Shown: positions 1-9,082 of the stretch, in pieces
Layout: each line of letters starts with the position of its first letter
Position numbering within the stretch: position 1 is the first letter of the stretch
Source of the DNA: an uncultured Candidatus Binatia bacterium
GTDB lineage: Bacteria; Desulfobacterota; Binatia; UBA9968; JAJDTQ01
Direction of reading: 5' to 3'
Length of the DNA stretch: 64,000 nucleotides
Assembly: GCA_964291295.2 (NCBI GenBank)
Contig: OZ219754.1
Span: 3,328,001 to 3,392,000, forward strand
Translations under genes and position numbers: made by a program
The notes under the pieces: model-generated
Databases searched by the model: none
Told to the model about the DNA's origin: nothing
The model's input: only the letters and a program-made list of their open reading frames with translations

Positions 1-585
1 CGGGGCGACGACGAGCTGCATGGCGGCGCGGGCGGCGATCAGGTTTTTGGCGGGCTGGGTGACGATACCCTGCACGGGGGCGCCGGCGACGATTACATGG
101 GCGGTGGCCCCGGCGACGATACGTTGCATGGCGGCCAAGGCGACGACACGCTGTATGGCGGCGCGGGAACGGATACGCTCAAGGGAGGCGCGGGCGACGA
201 CAAGTTGCATGGCGGTTCTGGCGATGACACGCTGCGTGGCGGCGCGGGAACGGACACATTCGACTTCACCAACGCAAGGGGTTCTGGCGGCAACGACATC
301 GTTGTCGATTTCGAGGAAGGTGAAACGATCAGGTTGTGTTATCAGAGCGACAACTGGCACAGGGGAAGCGAACGTGACGCCGCCAACTTCGATATGCTGC
401 AAATTGAGCAGGTCGGCGCCGATACCGTCATCACCTACAAGAATGGATTTTATGTAACCAACAGCGAGCTTCATGGAGAAGGTCACGATGGGTCGTCCTG
501 GACCTATGAAGAAGAAGTTCTTACATTGCTGGATGTCGATGCGGCATCCCTGAGCGTTGCAAACTTCGAATTCGATACGGCTTGA
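1..585 (+). CDS. RTX/hemolysin-type Ca-binding repeat protein, C-terminal part (5'-truncated by window edge)
   Basis: Frame is open from base 1. Repeated GGxGDDxLx nonapeptides, then a C-terminal tail (DIVVDFEEGETIRL...LLDVDAASLSVANFEF) typical of type I-secreted proteins. Confidence 0.85.
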   Translation, partial: RGDDELHGGAGGDQVFGGLGDDTLHGGAGDDYMGGGPGDDTLHGGQGDDTLYGGAGTDTLKGGAGDDKLHGGSGDDTLRGGAGTDTFDFTNARGSGGNDIVVDFEEGETIRLCYQSDNWHRGSERDAANFDMLQIEQVGADTVITYKNGFYVTNSELHGEGHDGSSWTYEEEVLTLLDVDAASLSVANFEFDTA

Positions 586-754
586 GCAGGTCGGCGCCGA
601 TACCGTCATCACCTGCAAGAATGGATTTCATGTACACAACAGCGAGCTTCATGGAGAAGGTCACGCTGGGTGGTCCCGGACCTATGAAGAAGCAGTTCTT
701 GTATTGCTGGATGTCGATGCGGCATCCCTGAGCGTTGCGGACTTCGAATTCGAT
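404..754 (+). repeat. 173 bp tandem duplication of the RTX gene 3' end (404-576 and 582-754)
   Basis: Manual alignment: ttgagcaggtcggcgccgatacc...ttcgaattcgat occurs twice with 12 substitutions and no indels. Confidence 0.95.
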
Positions 755-789
755 TGGCGAGAGCGGCACGGTGCCGCTGTACAGCAAGG

Positions 790-1720
790 AGCGGATTGCC
801 GGCCCGCGCAACCACCAAGACCGACATCTCCGACATGGGGATGTCGGTCTTTGCCTTTTCGCGCCCGTTTCCGGCCCATTCGAGGATGGTCCCGAGACCG
901 CCGTGCTGTGCGGCGCCCATCTCGGCCCATTTCTCGCTTGGAGTGAGCGCGATGCGCTCCATCAGGCCGCGGATGGCGGATACCGCGGCGTCGCGGTCCT
1001 CCGGATGGTCCAGCGCCTCCGCGGCCGCTTCCGGCGCCATCAGCCGGTCCTTCAGCCCGGATAGCGCCCGCTCCTTGATGACCGCGCGGCGGATGCCCCT
1101 GACGTTCGAGCAGGTCCCCGTCATGATGTGGTTCGAGCAGCCGCGGCGGTCCTGGCCGCGCATGGAACAGGGACCGCCGCAGACGCCGCACGCAAGCAGG
1201 CCCGAGAGCAGGTGCCGGTGGATGGTGTTCAGCCGATGGGCGCGTGCGCTCCGCGTGGCCTCGATGACGGTGGCATATTGCGCCCTGATCTCGCCCAGGC
1301 GGTGCTTCACCGCCTGCCAGAGACCGTCGACGACGATACGGAGCTCGGGGACTTCCGCGGCGATCCACTCCTCCGGCGGGTTGATCCGCGAGACCCGCTT
1401 GCCGGTCTCCGGGTTCTTGATGCTGCGCTGCCGGTTCCACACCAGCCGGCCGATGTAGAGTTCGTTGTTGAGCAGCCCCGTACCCCGCTTCGCGTGGCCG
1501 CGGATGGTGGAATCGGTCCACCGTCGGCCCACGGGGCCGGGGATGTTCTCTCCGTTCAGCCGCCGGGCGACGGCGCGCGGGCTGGCGCCGGCGGCGAACT
1601 CCCGGCGTAAGGTTTCGGCCTCGATTTCATTGACGGTCCGCCCGCCGAGGATCGGCTTGCCGGTCCCGTCGAACGACTTTATCCCGTCGTAGCCTTGGCA
1701 GAGACCGCCCGCCCGGCTGA
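790..1720 (-). pseudogene. Large serine recombinase remnant (recombinase + Zn-ribbon regions; catalytic N-terminal resolvase domain missing)
   Basis: Motifs [56 protein letters not shown]. No N-terminal YxRxS catalytic motif is seen, and the coiled coil appears internally deleted. Confidence 0.85.
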
Positions 1721-2433
1721 ATCGATCCACGCCTCGGCTCCGCCGCATGTCCCGGACCCCGAGCCCGGGTTGCCGTTTGCCGCCACGCCTGGCGGCAATC
1801 CCGCGACTTTCCCTGTCCGACATCTCCGGCGACTCCCGCGACCCCTACGCTTCCGGGAGTCGATCCGGACCCGTAATTCGGCCATGTCAAACCGCACGGG
1901 CAGGGGATTTCCTGCATGGAATCATACACTTGTGTAGCCAAGCGGGCGCACGCTGCGCTTGGCGCAGGATCGAAAAAAAGCGATGCACGGCCAAACGGCA
2001 CACAAGTCGTTTCCTGCACCGTCCATGGATCGACGGTCTTCAGTCCTGCCGCCCCGAACGGAGCCGTGTCCCGTGTCGCCACCATCATGCCGTTGGCTGC
2101 GGCGGTCGCCGCAATGTAACCGTCGGACACAGGCATGGGCTGCCCCTCGGACCGTGCCTTCGCCATCAACTCCGCATAGGCCTGCGAGGCCGCACGATCG
2201 AAGGACAGCACCCGCCCGGCGAACATCGGCAAGACCCACTCCTCCAGATCCTCATGCAGTCGGTGTCGCCGGCGGCCGGCTGGCAGCGACCAGACCCCGA
2301 AACGCAACTCGGCGACGGTAATGGCGGACAGATACAGCGTTTCCAGGGCCTGTGCGTCGAGCCACTCGGCGACGCGCGGTTCCGGAGACCTGCGCAGCGG
2401 CTCCGACACTACGTTCGTATCTAGCAGAATCAT
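1627..2433 (-). CDS. vapC: VapC/FitB-family PIN toxin (PIN domain about 2433-2023; frame runs on to 1627)
   Basis: MILLDTNVVSE...SAITVAELRFG...DGYIAATAAANGMMVATRDTAPF...DPW. ATGA overlap with the upstream antitoxin. Confidence 0.9.
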   Translation of the reverse strand: MILLDTNVVSEPLRRSPEPRVAEWLDAQALETLYLSAITVAELRFGVWSLPAGRRRHRLHEDLEEWVLPMFAGRVLSFDRAASQAYAELMAKARSEGQPMPVSDGYIAATAAANGMMVATRDTAPFGAAGLKTVDPWTVQETTCVPFGRASLFFDPAPSAACARLATQVYDSMQEIPCPCGLTWPNYGSGSTPGSVGVAGVAGDVGQGKSRDCRQAWRQTATRARGPGHAAEPRRGSIQPGGRSLPRLRRDKVVRRDRQADPRRADRQ

Positions 2434-2681
2434 TCCAGATCGAGCGGCCGTGCCGGAGCGGTATGACGTTGTGCGAAGCCCGCGAATTCCTCGTCCGTCA
2501 ACCCGGCGCGCCGGCCGACGGCGGCAAGCAGCGTCCCCAGCGCAGCCCGCCCTTCCGGCAGGACCGTTGCCTCCAGAATAGCGCGCACCTCGGCCTCGGT
2601 GCTGCGTCCCCTCAGTGCGGCGCGCGCACGCAGGGCGCGGTGCACCTCGTCCGGCAGGTTGCGCACGGTCAGCATGGCCAT
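2430..2681 (-). CDS. FitA/StbC-like ribbon-helix-helix antitoxin
   Basis: MAMLTVRNLPDEVHRALRARAALRGRSTEAEVRAILE; coupled to the PIN toxin. Confidence 0.9.
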   Translation of the reverse strand: MAMLTVRNLPDEVHRALRARAALRGRSTEAEVRAILEATVLPEGRAALGTLLAAVGRRAGLTDEEFAGFAQRHTAPARPLDLE

Positions 2682-2916
2682 GATCAATTACCCATCGTGC
2701 CTTTGATGCATGCAATATGCCACCATGAAGGCATCCGAACAGCGCCCGTCTTGTCCAAAACAAAGTGAGCCTGAAGATGTAAAGCGAATCCAAAGCAGCA
2801 GGGGCGTTGGGGATCATCAGGAGATGATCGTGACAGATCGTGACACTTGGAACGGAACGTTCGGGGACCATTGAGCAGGTTCCGGCCTCTGTGGAGGCGA
2901 GCGAGCCTGTAGACTT

Positions 2917-3400
2917 TCACCCGCCCGAGCGAGCCGACGCCTGCGAGTTCGTGAAGCGAACCCTGGTACGCCCCGGGGCTACCGTGGGTTGGACAAACCC
3001 TCCAGGGTTTCGGCGGCGTTCCTGGCGCAGGCGCGGTTTGAGGCAGACCGGGAGTCGTTCGCCGGGGAAGTCGGGGCTGGTGATCTCGGCCACCGCATCG
3101 GGCACCAGAGAATCCGGCGCCGGCACCGAAGCGGCCCCGAGCACCGCAATGACATTGCCATGATCCAGGGAACGTTCGATGTCGAGAAAATCGCTGAGAC
3201 CGCTGAGCGAGACACCGCCCTTGAGGACGGTTCGGACCCCCTTGATGATCTCGGGGGGCAGCTTGGACAGGTTTGCGATGATCTTCTTTCGGACTCTTGT
3301 GCCTTCACGCCAAGCCTGCCGCGGGAGGACCGCCGGCTTTCCTGTCTGGTTTGGTACACTTATGGGAACTTCGGAATCACGATATATCCCGCCTTGCATT
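2917..3400 (-). mobile_element. Internally deleted IS1634-family transposase remnant
   Basis: VPNQTGKPAVL..QAWREGTRVRKKIIANLSKLP...LKGG...IERSLDHGNVIAVLG joined directly to EITSPDFPGERL.VC, two segments that are normally far apart in IS1634 transposases. Confidence 0.7.
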
Positions 3401-3455
3401 GTGGGAACATATGTCCGGTCCGGATCCCGCTGAACACGCCAAAGCAGCAACTGAA

Positions 3456-4346
3456 TCAAACACTTGTGAGACTTCCCCGCCCGTGAGGTTCCGGCTGGGA
3501 GTCCCGAAGCGGCTCCTGGAGGGCCTCGAGGACTTCCGTGACCCCGGGGCCGGGGTCGGCGCGGTCCTTGAACGGCGCCAGCCGGCGGTAGAGGTCGGCG
3601 GCGGCCTGGTGGAAACCCGCGGGCAGTCCCGCGGCCGCGAAGCTGGCGGCGATCTCCTCCATCTCGCCGACGTAGCGCCAGCCCTTGGGCGCCGCCACCG
3701 CGGCGGCGCGCTCGCTCTTGCCGGCAAGGTCGGGCCGGGATTCCGCCCATTCCCGGAGCAGAGCCTCCTCGACCCCTTCGCGGACCGCCAGCGCGCGTAT
3801 GGCCAGAATCAGCGCGTCGCTTCCCTTGGTCCAGGCGGCGTAGGTCATCTTGAGCGCGGAAGCCGCACCCGGCTCCCCTTCGATGACCCGGGCGTCGAGC
3901 ATGCCGCCGGCGAACAGCCGCGCCACCTCCTCCGCCCCCGCTCCGGAAAGATAGAGCCGCGTCCGTCCCGGTCTGGTCACCGGAGGCCCGATGATGGCAC
4001 CGTCAACGAAACGGGCCCCGCCCGCGCCGACCACCTCTCCCACACGCCGCGCGGTGGCCCGGGAGACCGCGTTGGCATCCACGTACAGGCCGGCAAAGCC
4101 CAGGCCGGCCACCGTATGCGCCACCTCCTCGGCGGCGTGCGGCGGGCACACCGAAAGGACCGCTTCGCTCTCGCCGACGGCATCGGCCAGCGCCGTCTTC
4201 TCCACCAGACCGCCCGCTTCGGCTCGCTGCCGGCTTTCCTGGCTCCGTCCGGTCGAAACCCACAGCACTCGGGCTCCGGTTACCGCGGCGCCGATGGTGG
4301 CGCCCATGTTGCCGGGATGCAAAAGAGTGACGGTTCGGATCTGCAT
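3456..4346 (-). CDS. NAD(P)-dependent oxidoreductase, 6PGD-like NAD-binding domain + DUF1932-type C-terminus
   Basis: LLHPGNMGATIG, VLSVCPP, YVDANAVS, FVDGAIIGPP, ASALKMTYAAWTKG, WRYVGEMEEIA. Confidence 0.8.
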   Translation of the reverse strand: MQIRTVTLLHPGNMGATIGAAVTGARVLWVSTGRSQESRQRAEAGGLVEKTALADAVGESEAVLSVCPPHAAEEVAHTVAGLGFAGLYVDANAVSRATARRVGEVVGAGGARFVDGAIIGPPVTRPGRTRLYLSGAGAEEVARLFAGGMLDARVIEGEPGAASALKMTYAAWTKGSDALILAIRALAVREGVEEALLREWAESRPDLAGKSERAAAVAAPKGWRYVGEMEEIAASFAAAGLPAGFHQAAADLYRRLAPFKDRADPGPGVTEVLEALQEPLRDSQPEPHGRGSLTSV

Positions 4347-4430
4347 GGCTTCCTGGCTCCCCTGTCCTGTCCCCTGTCCCGATACGGCGGCGGCCTGCGG
4401 CACGTCAACGGATCCCGACACGGTTGCCCC

Positions 4431-4630
4431 CATGAACGACTGTCCCCGGTGAACGATCCTACCGGTGAACGATCCTACCCATGAACGTCATGAACAGCAT
4501 GAACGTCACGAACAGCGCCCTCCCGGCGGCCAGCGCCCTGCCACACAAGTGCCCGAAGAAGCACCGGAACAGCGCCCGAAGAAGCGCCCGGAACAGCACG
4601 GGAACAGCCCTCGAAGGAGCCCCGAAGAGG
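4431..4630. repeat. Intergenic short tandem repeats (16-, 9- and 12-bp units)
   Basis: gtgaacgatcctacc x2, then catgaacgt/catgaacag units x4, then degenerate gcccgaagaagc/ccggaacagc units. Confidence 0.75.
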
Positions 4631-4736
4631 CCGGCGCCGTGGTCCCGTCCGGTCTACCGGCATGCCTAACACCCGCCAGGGGCACTGTCAAAGCGCACCT
4701 GTGGCCGGGCGGATGCGAACGGATTATGATGAGCGG

Positions 4737-5456
4737 ATGATCGCGCGCAAGGGAGCTGCCCTCGTCACCGGTGGAGCCAGGCGCATCGGTGCGGCCATCG
4801 CCCGCGCACTGGCGGACCATGGTTTCGACGTCGCGCTGCACTACCGGACTTCGGCGGAATCGGCCCGGCACACCGCGGCGGAGATCGAGGGACGGGGCCG
4901 CCGGTGCCGGCTGTTCCGTTGCGACCTCAACGACCACCGGGAGACGGCGGCCTTGATTCCCAAGGTACGGGAACAGTTCTCCGATCTGAACGTCCTTGTC
5001 AACAACGCCTCCATCTTCGAGCGCGCCACGCTGGCGGCCACCGGACCGGAGCTGTTCGAGCGCCATTTCAACATCAACCTCAAGGCGCCCTTCTTTCTGA
5101 CCCAGGCGTTTGCCCGGGACTGCGGTCAGGGCCAGGTCGTCAACATCGTGGACACCCGTGTCAGCCGCTCCGACCCGCACCACGCCGCCTACACCCTGTC
5201 CAAGAAGACGCTCCTGGAACTCACGAAGATGGCGGCGCGCGAACTCGGGCCGGCCATCCGGGTCAACGGCGTCTCGCCGGGCATGATACTGCCGCCGTCC
5301 GGGGGAGCGGTGCATGAGCTTGAGCGGCGCAGTACCGCGCTGCCCTTGAAACGCATCGGCGACACGGATAATCTGATCGACGCGGTGCTGTTCCTGTTGG
5401 ACAATCCTTTCGTCACCGGCGAGTGCATCCGCGTCGACGGCGGGGAGCACCTCTGA
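4737..5456 (+). CDS. folM: Pteridine reductase (FolM/PTR1-like SDR)
   Basis: ALVTGGARRIG, VALHY, LVNNASIF, YTLSK, IRVNGVSPG, VDGGEHL; adjacent to folate genes. Confidence 0.8.
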   Translation: MIARKGAALVTGGARRIGAAIARALADHGFDVALHYRTSAESARHTAAEIEGRGRRCRLFRCDLNDHRETAALIPKVREQFSDLNVLVNNASIFERATLAATGPELFERHFNINLKAPFFLTQAFARDCGQGQVVNIVDTRVSRSDPHHAAYTLSKKTLLELTKMAARELGPAIRVNGVSPGMILPPSGGAVHELERRSTALPLKRIGDTDNLIDAVLFLLDNPFVTGECIRVDGGEHL

Positions 5457-5476
5457 CCGCACCCGCACGAGGCCCC

Positions 5477-5860
5477 ATGATCCGGCGCAATTCGGTCAGG
5501 ATCGTCATCGAGAACCTGCGTCTCCGAACCCTCATCGGCATCAACGACTGGGAGCGCGAGACGAAGCAGGACGTGGTGGTCCACGTCGAGATGGAACTGG
5601 TCGAAGGCACCGCCTTCGCCCGCGACTCCATCGACGAGACGGTGGACTACAAGCGGCTCAACAAGCGGCTCATCAAGGAAGTGGAGCAGTCCTCGTTCTT
5701 TCTCATCGAGAAGCTCTGCGACCACCTGTTGATGCGGGTGATGGAGGATCCGCGGATCCGCCGCGCACGGGTCCGGGTGGCCAAGCCCGGCGCACTTCGC
5801 TTCACCGACTCCGTTTCCGTGGAATGTTCCGGGGAACGGCCGGACGCCGACACGGCATGA
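5477..5860 (+). CDS. Dihydroneopterin aldolase / triphosphate epimerase (FolB/FolX family)
   Basis: IENLRLRTLIGINDWERETKQDV, VDYKRL, FFLIEKL, KPGALRFTDSVSV. FolB versus FolX cannot be resolved by eye. Confidence 0.85.
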   Translation: MIRRNSVRIVIENLRLRTLIGINDWERETKQDVVVHVEMELVEGTAFARDSIDETVDYKRLNKRLIKEVEQSSFFLIEKLCDHLLMRVMEDPRIRRARVRVAKPGALRFTDSVSVECSGERPDADTA

Positions 5861-6240
5861 ACCGGGCGGTCATCGGCGTGGGCTCCAACATCGAGCCCCA
5901 GCGCAACGTGCCCAGGGCCCTCGAGATGGTCACCGGCCGGCACCGGATCGTCGCCGAGTCGCCGCTGGTGGAGACGAGCCCCATCGGCTTCCGTCACCAG
6001 CCCGACTTCACCAACGGCGCGTGGCTGGTGGCGACCCCCATGGGCCGGGAGCGGTTGAACGCCGACCTCAAGGACATCGAGCGGAGGCTCGGACGCGAAC
6101 ACGGAGAGAATCGCTACGGCCCCCGGACCATCGACCTCGACATCGTCGTGTGGAACGGCAAGGTCATCGACCCGGACCTCTACACGCGGGACTACCTGCG
6201 CGCGGCCGTGCTCGCGGTCCTGCCGGACCTCAGGCTGTGA
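5857..6240 (+). CDS. folK: 2-amino-4-hydroxy-6-hydroxymethyldihydropteridine diphosphokinase
   Basis: IGVGSNI, QPDFTNGA, LKDIERRLGR, GPRTIDLDI; ATGA overlap. Confidence 0.92.
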   Translation: MNRAVIGVGSNIEPQRNVPRALEMVTGRHRIVAESPLVETSPIGFRHQPDFTNGAWLVATPMGRERLNADLKDIERRLGREHGENRYGPRTIDLDIVVWNGKVIDPDLYTRDYLRAAVLAVLPDLRL

Positions 6241-7250
6241 CACGGCCGCGTTCGAAAGCCAGACGGCTTCACCCGGCGCGCGCGGCGGCCGGCGCACTGG
6301 CGCTGCTGCTGGCCGCGGCGGCCGGCGCCGCCGGTGCGGAACTCCCGGTGCGGGCGATGCCGGTGGAACTGAACCCGCAACGACCCGCTCCGAGCAGGTT
6401 GGGACGGCTCGTCTTCATGGGCGGTTTCGAACTGGTCTCCGAGCATCCATGGTTCGGCGGGCTCTCCGGCCTGGCCATCAGCCCGGACGGAAGCCGGTTG
6501 CGGGCCGTCTCCGACCGCGGCCACTGGATCACCGCCACCCTCGCCCACGACTCCAAAGAGCGCCTCGTCGCCTTCCGTTCGTGGCGCGGCGCGTCTCTGC
6601 GGACCCCCGCCGGCAACCCGGTCCGGGGTGACGGCCGCGATGCCGAAAGCCTGGCGCGGGGCTCCGGCGACACCTTTCTGGTCTCCTTCGAAAGACGCCA
6701 CCGGATCTGGCAATACCCGGCGGCCGTCGATGCGCCGCCCCGGCCGGTGCCCACGCCCCGGGCTCTTGCCAACGCACCTTTCAACGGCGGACTCGAGGGT
6801 ATCGCGGTGCTGGCCGACGGCACCCTGCTGGGGGTCACCGAGCGGTACGCGAACGCGGACGGAAGCCTCAAGGGCTGGTTCATGGGCGCGGGTGCGGCCC
6901 GCGCGGTGGCCTACATGCCGGCGGACGGGTTCCGTCCCACGGACCTCGCCGCCATGCCCAACGGCGACGTGCTCCTGGTGGAACGGCGCTTCAGCCTGGT
7001 CGGCCTGCGCGCGCGGCTCGTCCGCCTCCCGCACCGCCGCCTGCAACAGGCCCGGCGCCGGGCCGGCGCCCGGATTCACGGAGAGAGCCTCGCCCTTCTC
7101 AGGCCGCCGCTGCCGGTGGACAACTTCGAGGGGCTCGCGCTCAGGACGGACCGGGCGGGACGGACGCTGCTCTACCTGGTGTCCGACAACAATTTCCAGC
7201 CGTTCCAGAGAACCCTTCTTTTCCAGTTCCGGATGATGGACGATGCGTGA
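6237..7250 (+). CDS. Esterase-like activity of phytase family protein with signal peptide
   Basis: FGGLSGL, AVSDRG, DAESL, VSFE, NGGLEG, DNFEG, YLVSDNNF..QRTLL; GTGA overlap with folK. Confidence 0.8.
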   Translation: MTRPRSKARRLHPARAAAGALALLLAAAAGAAGAELPVRAMPVELNPQRPAPSRLGRLVFMGGFELVSEHPWFGGLSGLAISPDGSRLRAVSDRGHWITATLAHDSKERLVAFRSWRGASLRTPAGNPVRGDGRDAESLARGSGDTFLVSFERRHRIWQYPAAVDAPPRPVPTPRALANAPFNGGLEGIAVLADGTLLGVTERYANADGSLKGWFMGAGAARAVAYMPADGFRPTDLAAMPNGDVLLVERRFSLVGLRARLVRLPHRRLQQARRRAGARIHGESLALLRPPLPVDNFEGLALRTDRAGRTLLYLVSDNNFQPFQRTLLFQFRMMDDA

Positions 7251-7303
7251 TTCCGGACTCGGGGATACAGCATTCGGTCCTGCATCCGTTCACGGGAGAA
7301 ACC

Positions 7304-8347
7304 ATGAGCCTTCAATCGCCTGAACAGAAACCGCTCGAGAATCTGAGCCTGGACGAGCTCCGGACGCTGTTCCACCAACGGGTCCGGCCGGAAGCCGTGG
7401 AGCACGTGATGGGGGCGGCGGAAAGCCAATCCACGCGGAGGCGCAACCGCACCGCCCTCGACCGCCTGCTGTTCCGCCAGCGGATCTTCCACGACGTCAC
7501 CGATCCGGACACCTCCATCGAGCTGTTCGGCCACAGACTGCCGTCACCGGCGCTGATCGGGCCGGTGGGCAGCTTCCGGCTCCTGCGCCGAAACGGCGAG
7601 CACGAGGTGGCCGAGGGCGGCAACCGGTTCGGCGCCATGGTGTTCATCAGCGGCGCCACCCTGTCCACCGTGGACCAGTGGGCGGAAGGGGTCTCCGCGC
7701 CCTTGGTCTACATGGCCTATCTCAGCAAGGGACGGGAAAAGGTGCTGGAGGCGGTGCGCCGGGCCGACACCCTCGGCTATGCGGCGGTGGGCCTCACCAT
7801 GGACACGTTGCAGCCCACGAAGCTGGGGGACCGCGTCCCCCTGTCCTCGGACGGCAAGCCCCGCACCGTCCACCTCTCGTCGCCCGACGACGTGGCCTGG
7901 CTCAGGAACGCGGTGTCGGTTCCCGTGGTGGTGAAGGGAATCATGAACCCCGACGACGCGCGCATTGCCATCGATGCCGGCGCCGACTGCCTTGTGGTGT
8001 CCAACCACGGCGGCCGCATCCTCGACTTCAACCGCGCCGCCATCGAGGTGCTGCCGGAAATCGTCGACGCCGCCGGCAACCGGGTGCCGGTTCTGCTCGA
8101 CAGCGGCGCCCGCCGGGGCGGCGACATCGCCAAGTCGCTGGCGCTGGGAGCCAAGGCGGTTCTGCTCGGACGCCCGATATGCTGGGGCCTCGGCGCCGCC
8201 GGCCCCGAGGGGGTCGCGCGGGTCCTGACCATCCTCACGGACGAACTGAAGCGCGTCATGATCATGACCGGCACCCCCGCCATCGCCGACATCACCCCGG
8301 CGCTTCTCAGCCTCGATCCGAACAACGTCTGGTTCAGAGGGATGTAA
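7304..8347 (+). CDS. FMN-dependent alpha-hydroxy acid oxidase/dehydrogenase family
   Basis: PVVVKGI, VSNHGGR, DSGARRGGDIAKSLALGAKAVLLGRP. Confidence 0.9.
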   Translation: MSLQSPEQKPLENLSLDELRTLFHQRVRPEAVEHVMGAAESQSTRRRNRTALDRLLFRQRIFHDVTDPDTSIELFGHRLPSPALIGPVGSFRLLRRNGEHEVAEGGNRFGAMVFISGATLSTVDQWAEGVSAPLVYMAYLSKGREKVLEAVRRADTLGYAAVGLTMDTLQPTKLGDRVPLSSDGKPRTVHLSSPDDVAWLRNAVSVPVVVKGIMNPDDARIAIDAGADCLVVSNHGGRILDFNRAAIEVLPEIVDAAGNRVPVLLDSGARRGGDIAKSLALGAKAVLLGRPICWGLGAAGPEGVARVLTILTDELKRVMIMTGTPAIADITPALLSLDPNNVWFRGM

Positions 8348-8369
8348 TCCGGCCATCCAGGAGGTCCAC

Positions 8370-8834
8370 ATGAGCGCGGAAGAACGGCTGAAAGAATTGA
8401 ATCTGAGCCTGCCGCCTCTGCCCAGTCCCATGGCCAACTACGTCAGCGCCGTGAGGACAGGGGCGCTGCTGTATCTTGCCGGCCACGGTCCGCTGGGCGA
8501 CGACGGCAGACCCGTCTCCCGCGGCAAGCTGGGCCGCGACCTCACCGTGGAGGAAGGCTATCAGGCTTCCCGCCAGACCGCGCTGAACGCCCTTGTCACG
8601 CTGAGGGCCGAGCTCGGGAGCCTCGACCGCGTCCGCCGCATCGTCAAGGTGCTGGGCATGGTCAACGCCGATCCGGACTTCCAGAAGACCCCGCAGGTCA
8701 TCAACGGCTTTTCGGATCTGATGGTGGAGGTCTTCGGCGCAGCCGTCGGCAGCCATGCCCGCTCCGCAGTGGGCATGGCGACGCTGCCCAACGGAATCCC
8801 GGTGGAGATCGAAGCCATCTTCGAAGTCGAGTGA
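8370..8834 (+). CDS. RidA/YjgF family protein
   Basis: ANYV, LYLAGHGP, KVLGMVN, INGFSDL, HARSAVG..LP...VEIE; GGAGG RBS. Confidence 0.9.
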   Translation: MSAEERLKELNLSLPPLPSPMANYVSAVRTGALLYLAGHGPLGDDGRPVSRGKLGRDLTVEEGYQASRQTALNALVTLRAELGSLDRVRRIVKVLGMVNADPDFQKTPQVINGFSDLMVEVFGAAVGSHARSAVGMATLPNGIPVEIEAIFEVE

Positions 8835-9003
8835 CCCCGGGGGCCGACCGCCCGGCAGCCGCGCTCTTCCGCCGCCATCAGCGGCGCCGGCTCGACGGAA
8901 TGGTCGACCCGCTTCGACCCTTTGGACGCAACGGCGGCCCGCAAGCGCCGGGAATCGCCGCCAGCCATCCAGAAAACCGCCACCTTCGCGCGATTCCCAA
9001 GGC

Positions 9004-9019
9004 TGGCACGGAATGTGCC
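9004..9019 (+). promoter_or_regulatory. Putative sigma54 (-24/-12) promoter upstream of degP
   Basis: TGGCACGGAATGTGC gives GG-N10-GC with a TGGCACG core; a sigma54 activator is encoded downstream. Confidence 0.7.
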
Positions 9020-9082
9020 TGTTGAAGGGGCCTGTTGAACATTGTTGTTCAAGGGTTATCGTTTCAAGAAGGAGGTTCTTCA

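Noticed and set aside
404-754. Diversity-generating retroelement TR/VR pair
   Set aside because: Only 7 of 12 differences involve an A in the coding copy; the rest include T/C and C/G changes. The A-richer copy is the coding one, the reverse of DGR logic, and there is no reverse transcriptase in the window.
4431-4630. CRISPR array
   Set aside because: Units are 9-16 bp, contiguous and degenerate, with no unique spacers, and there are no cas genes.
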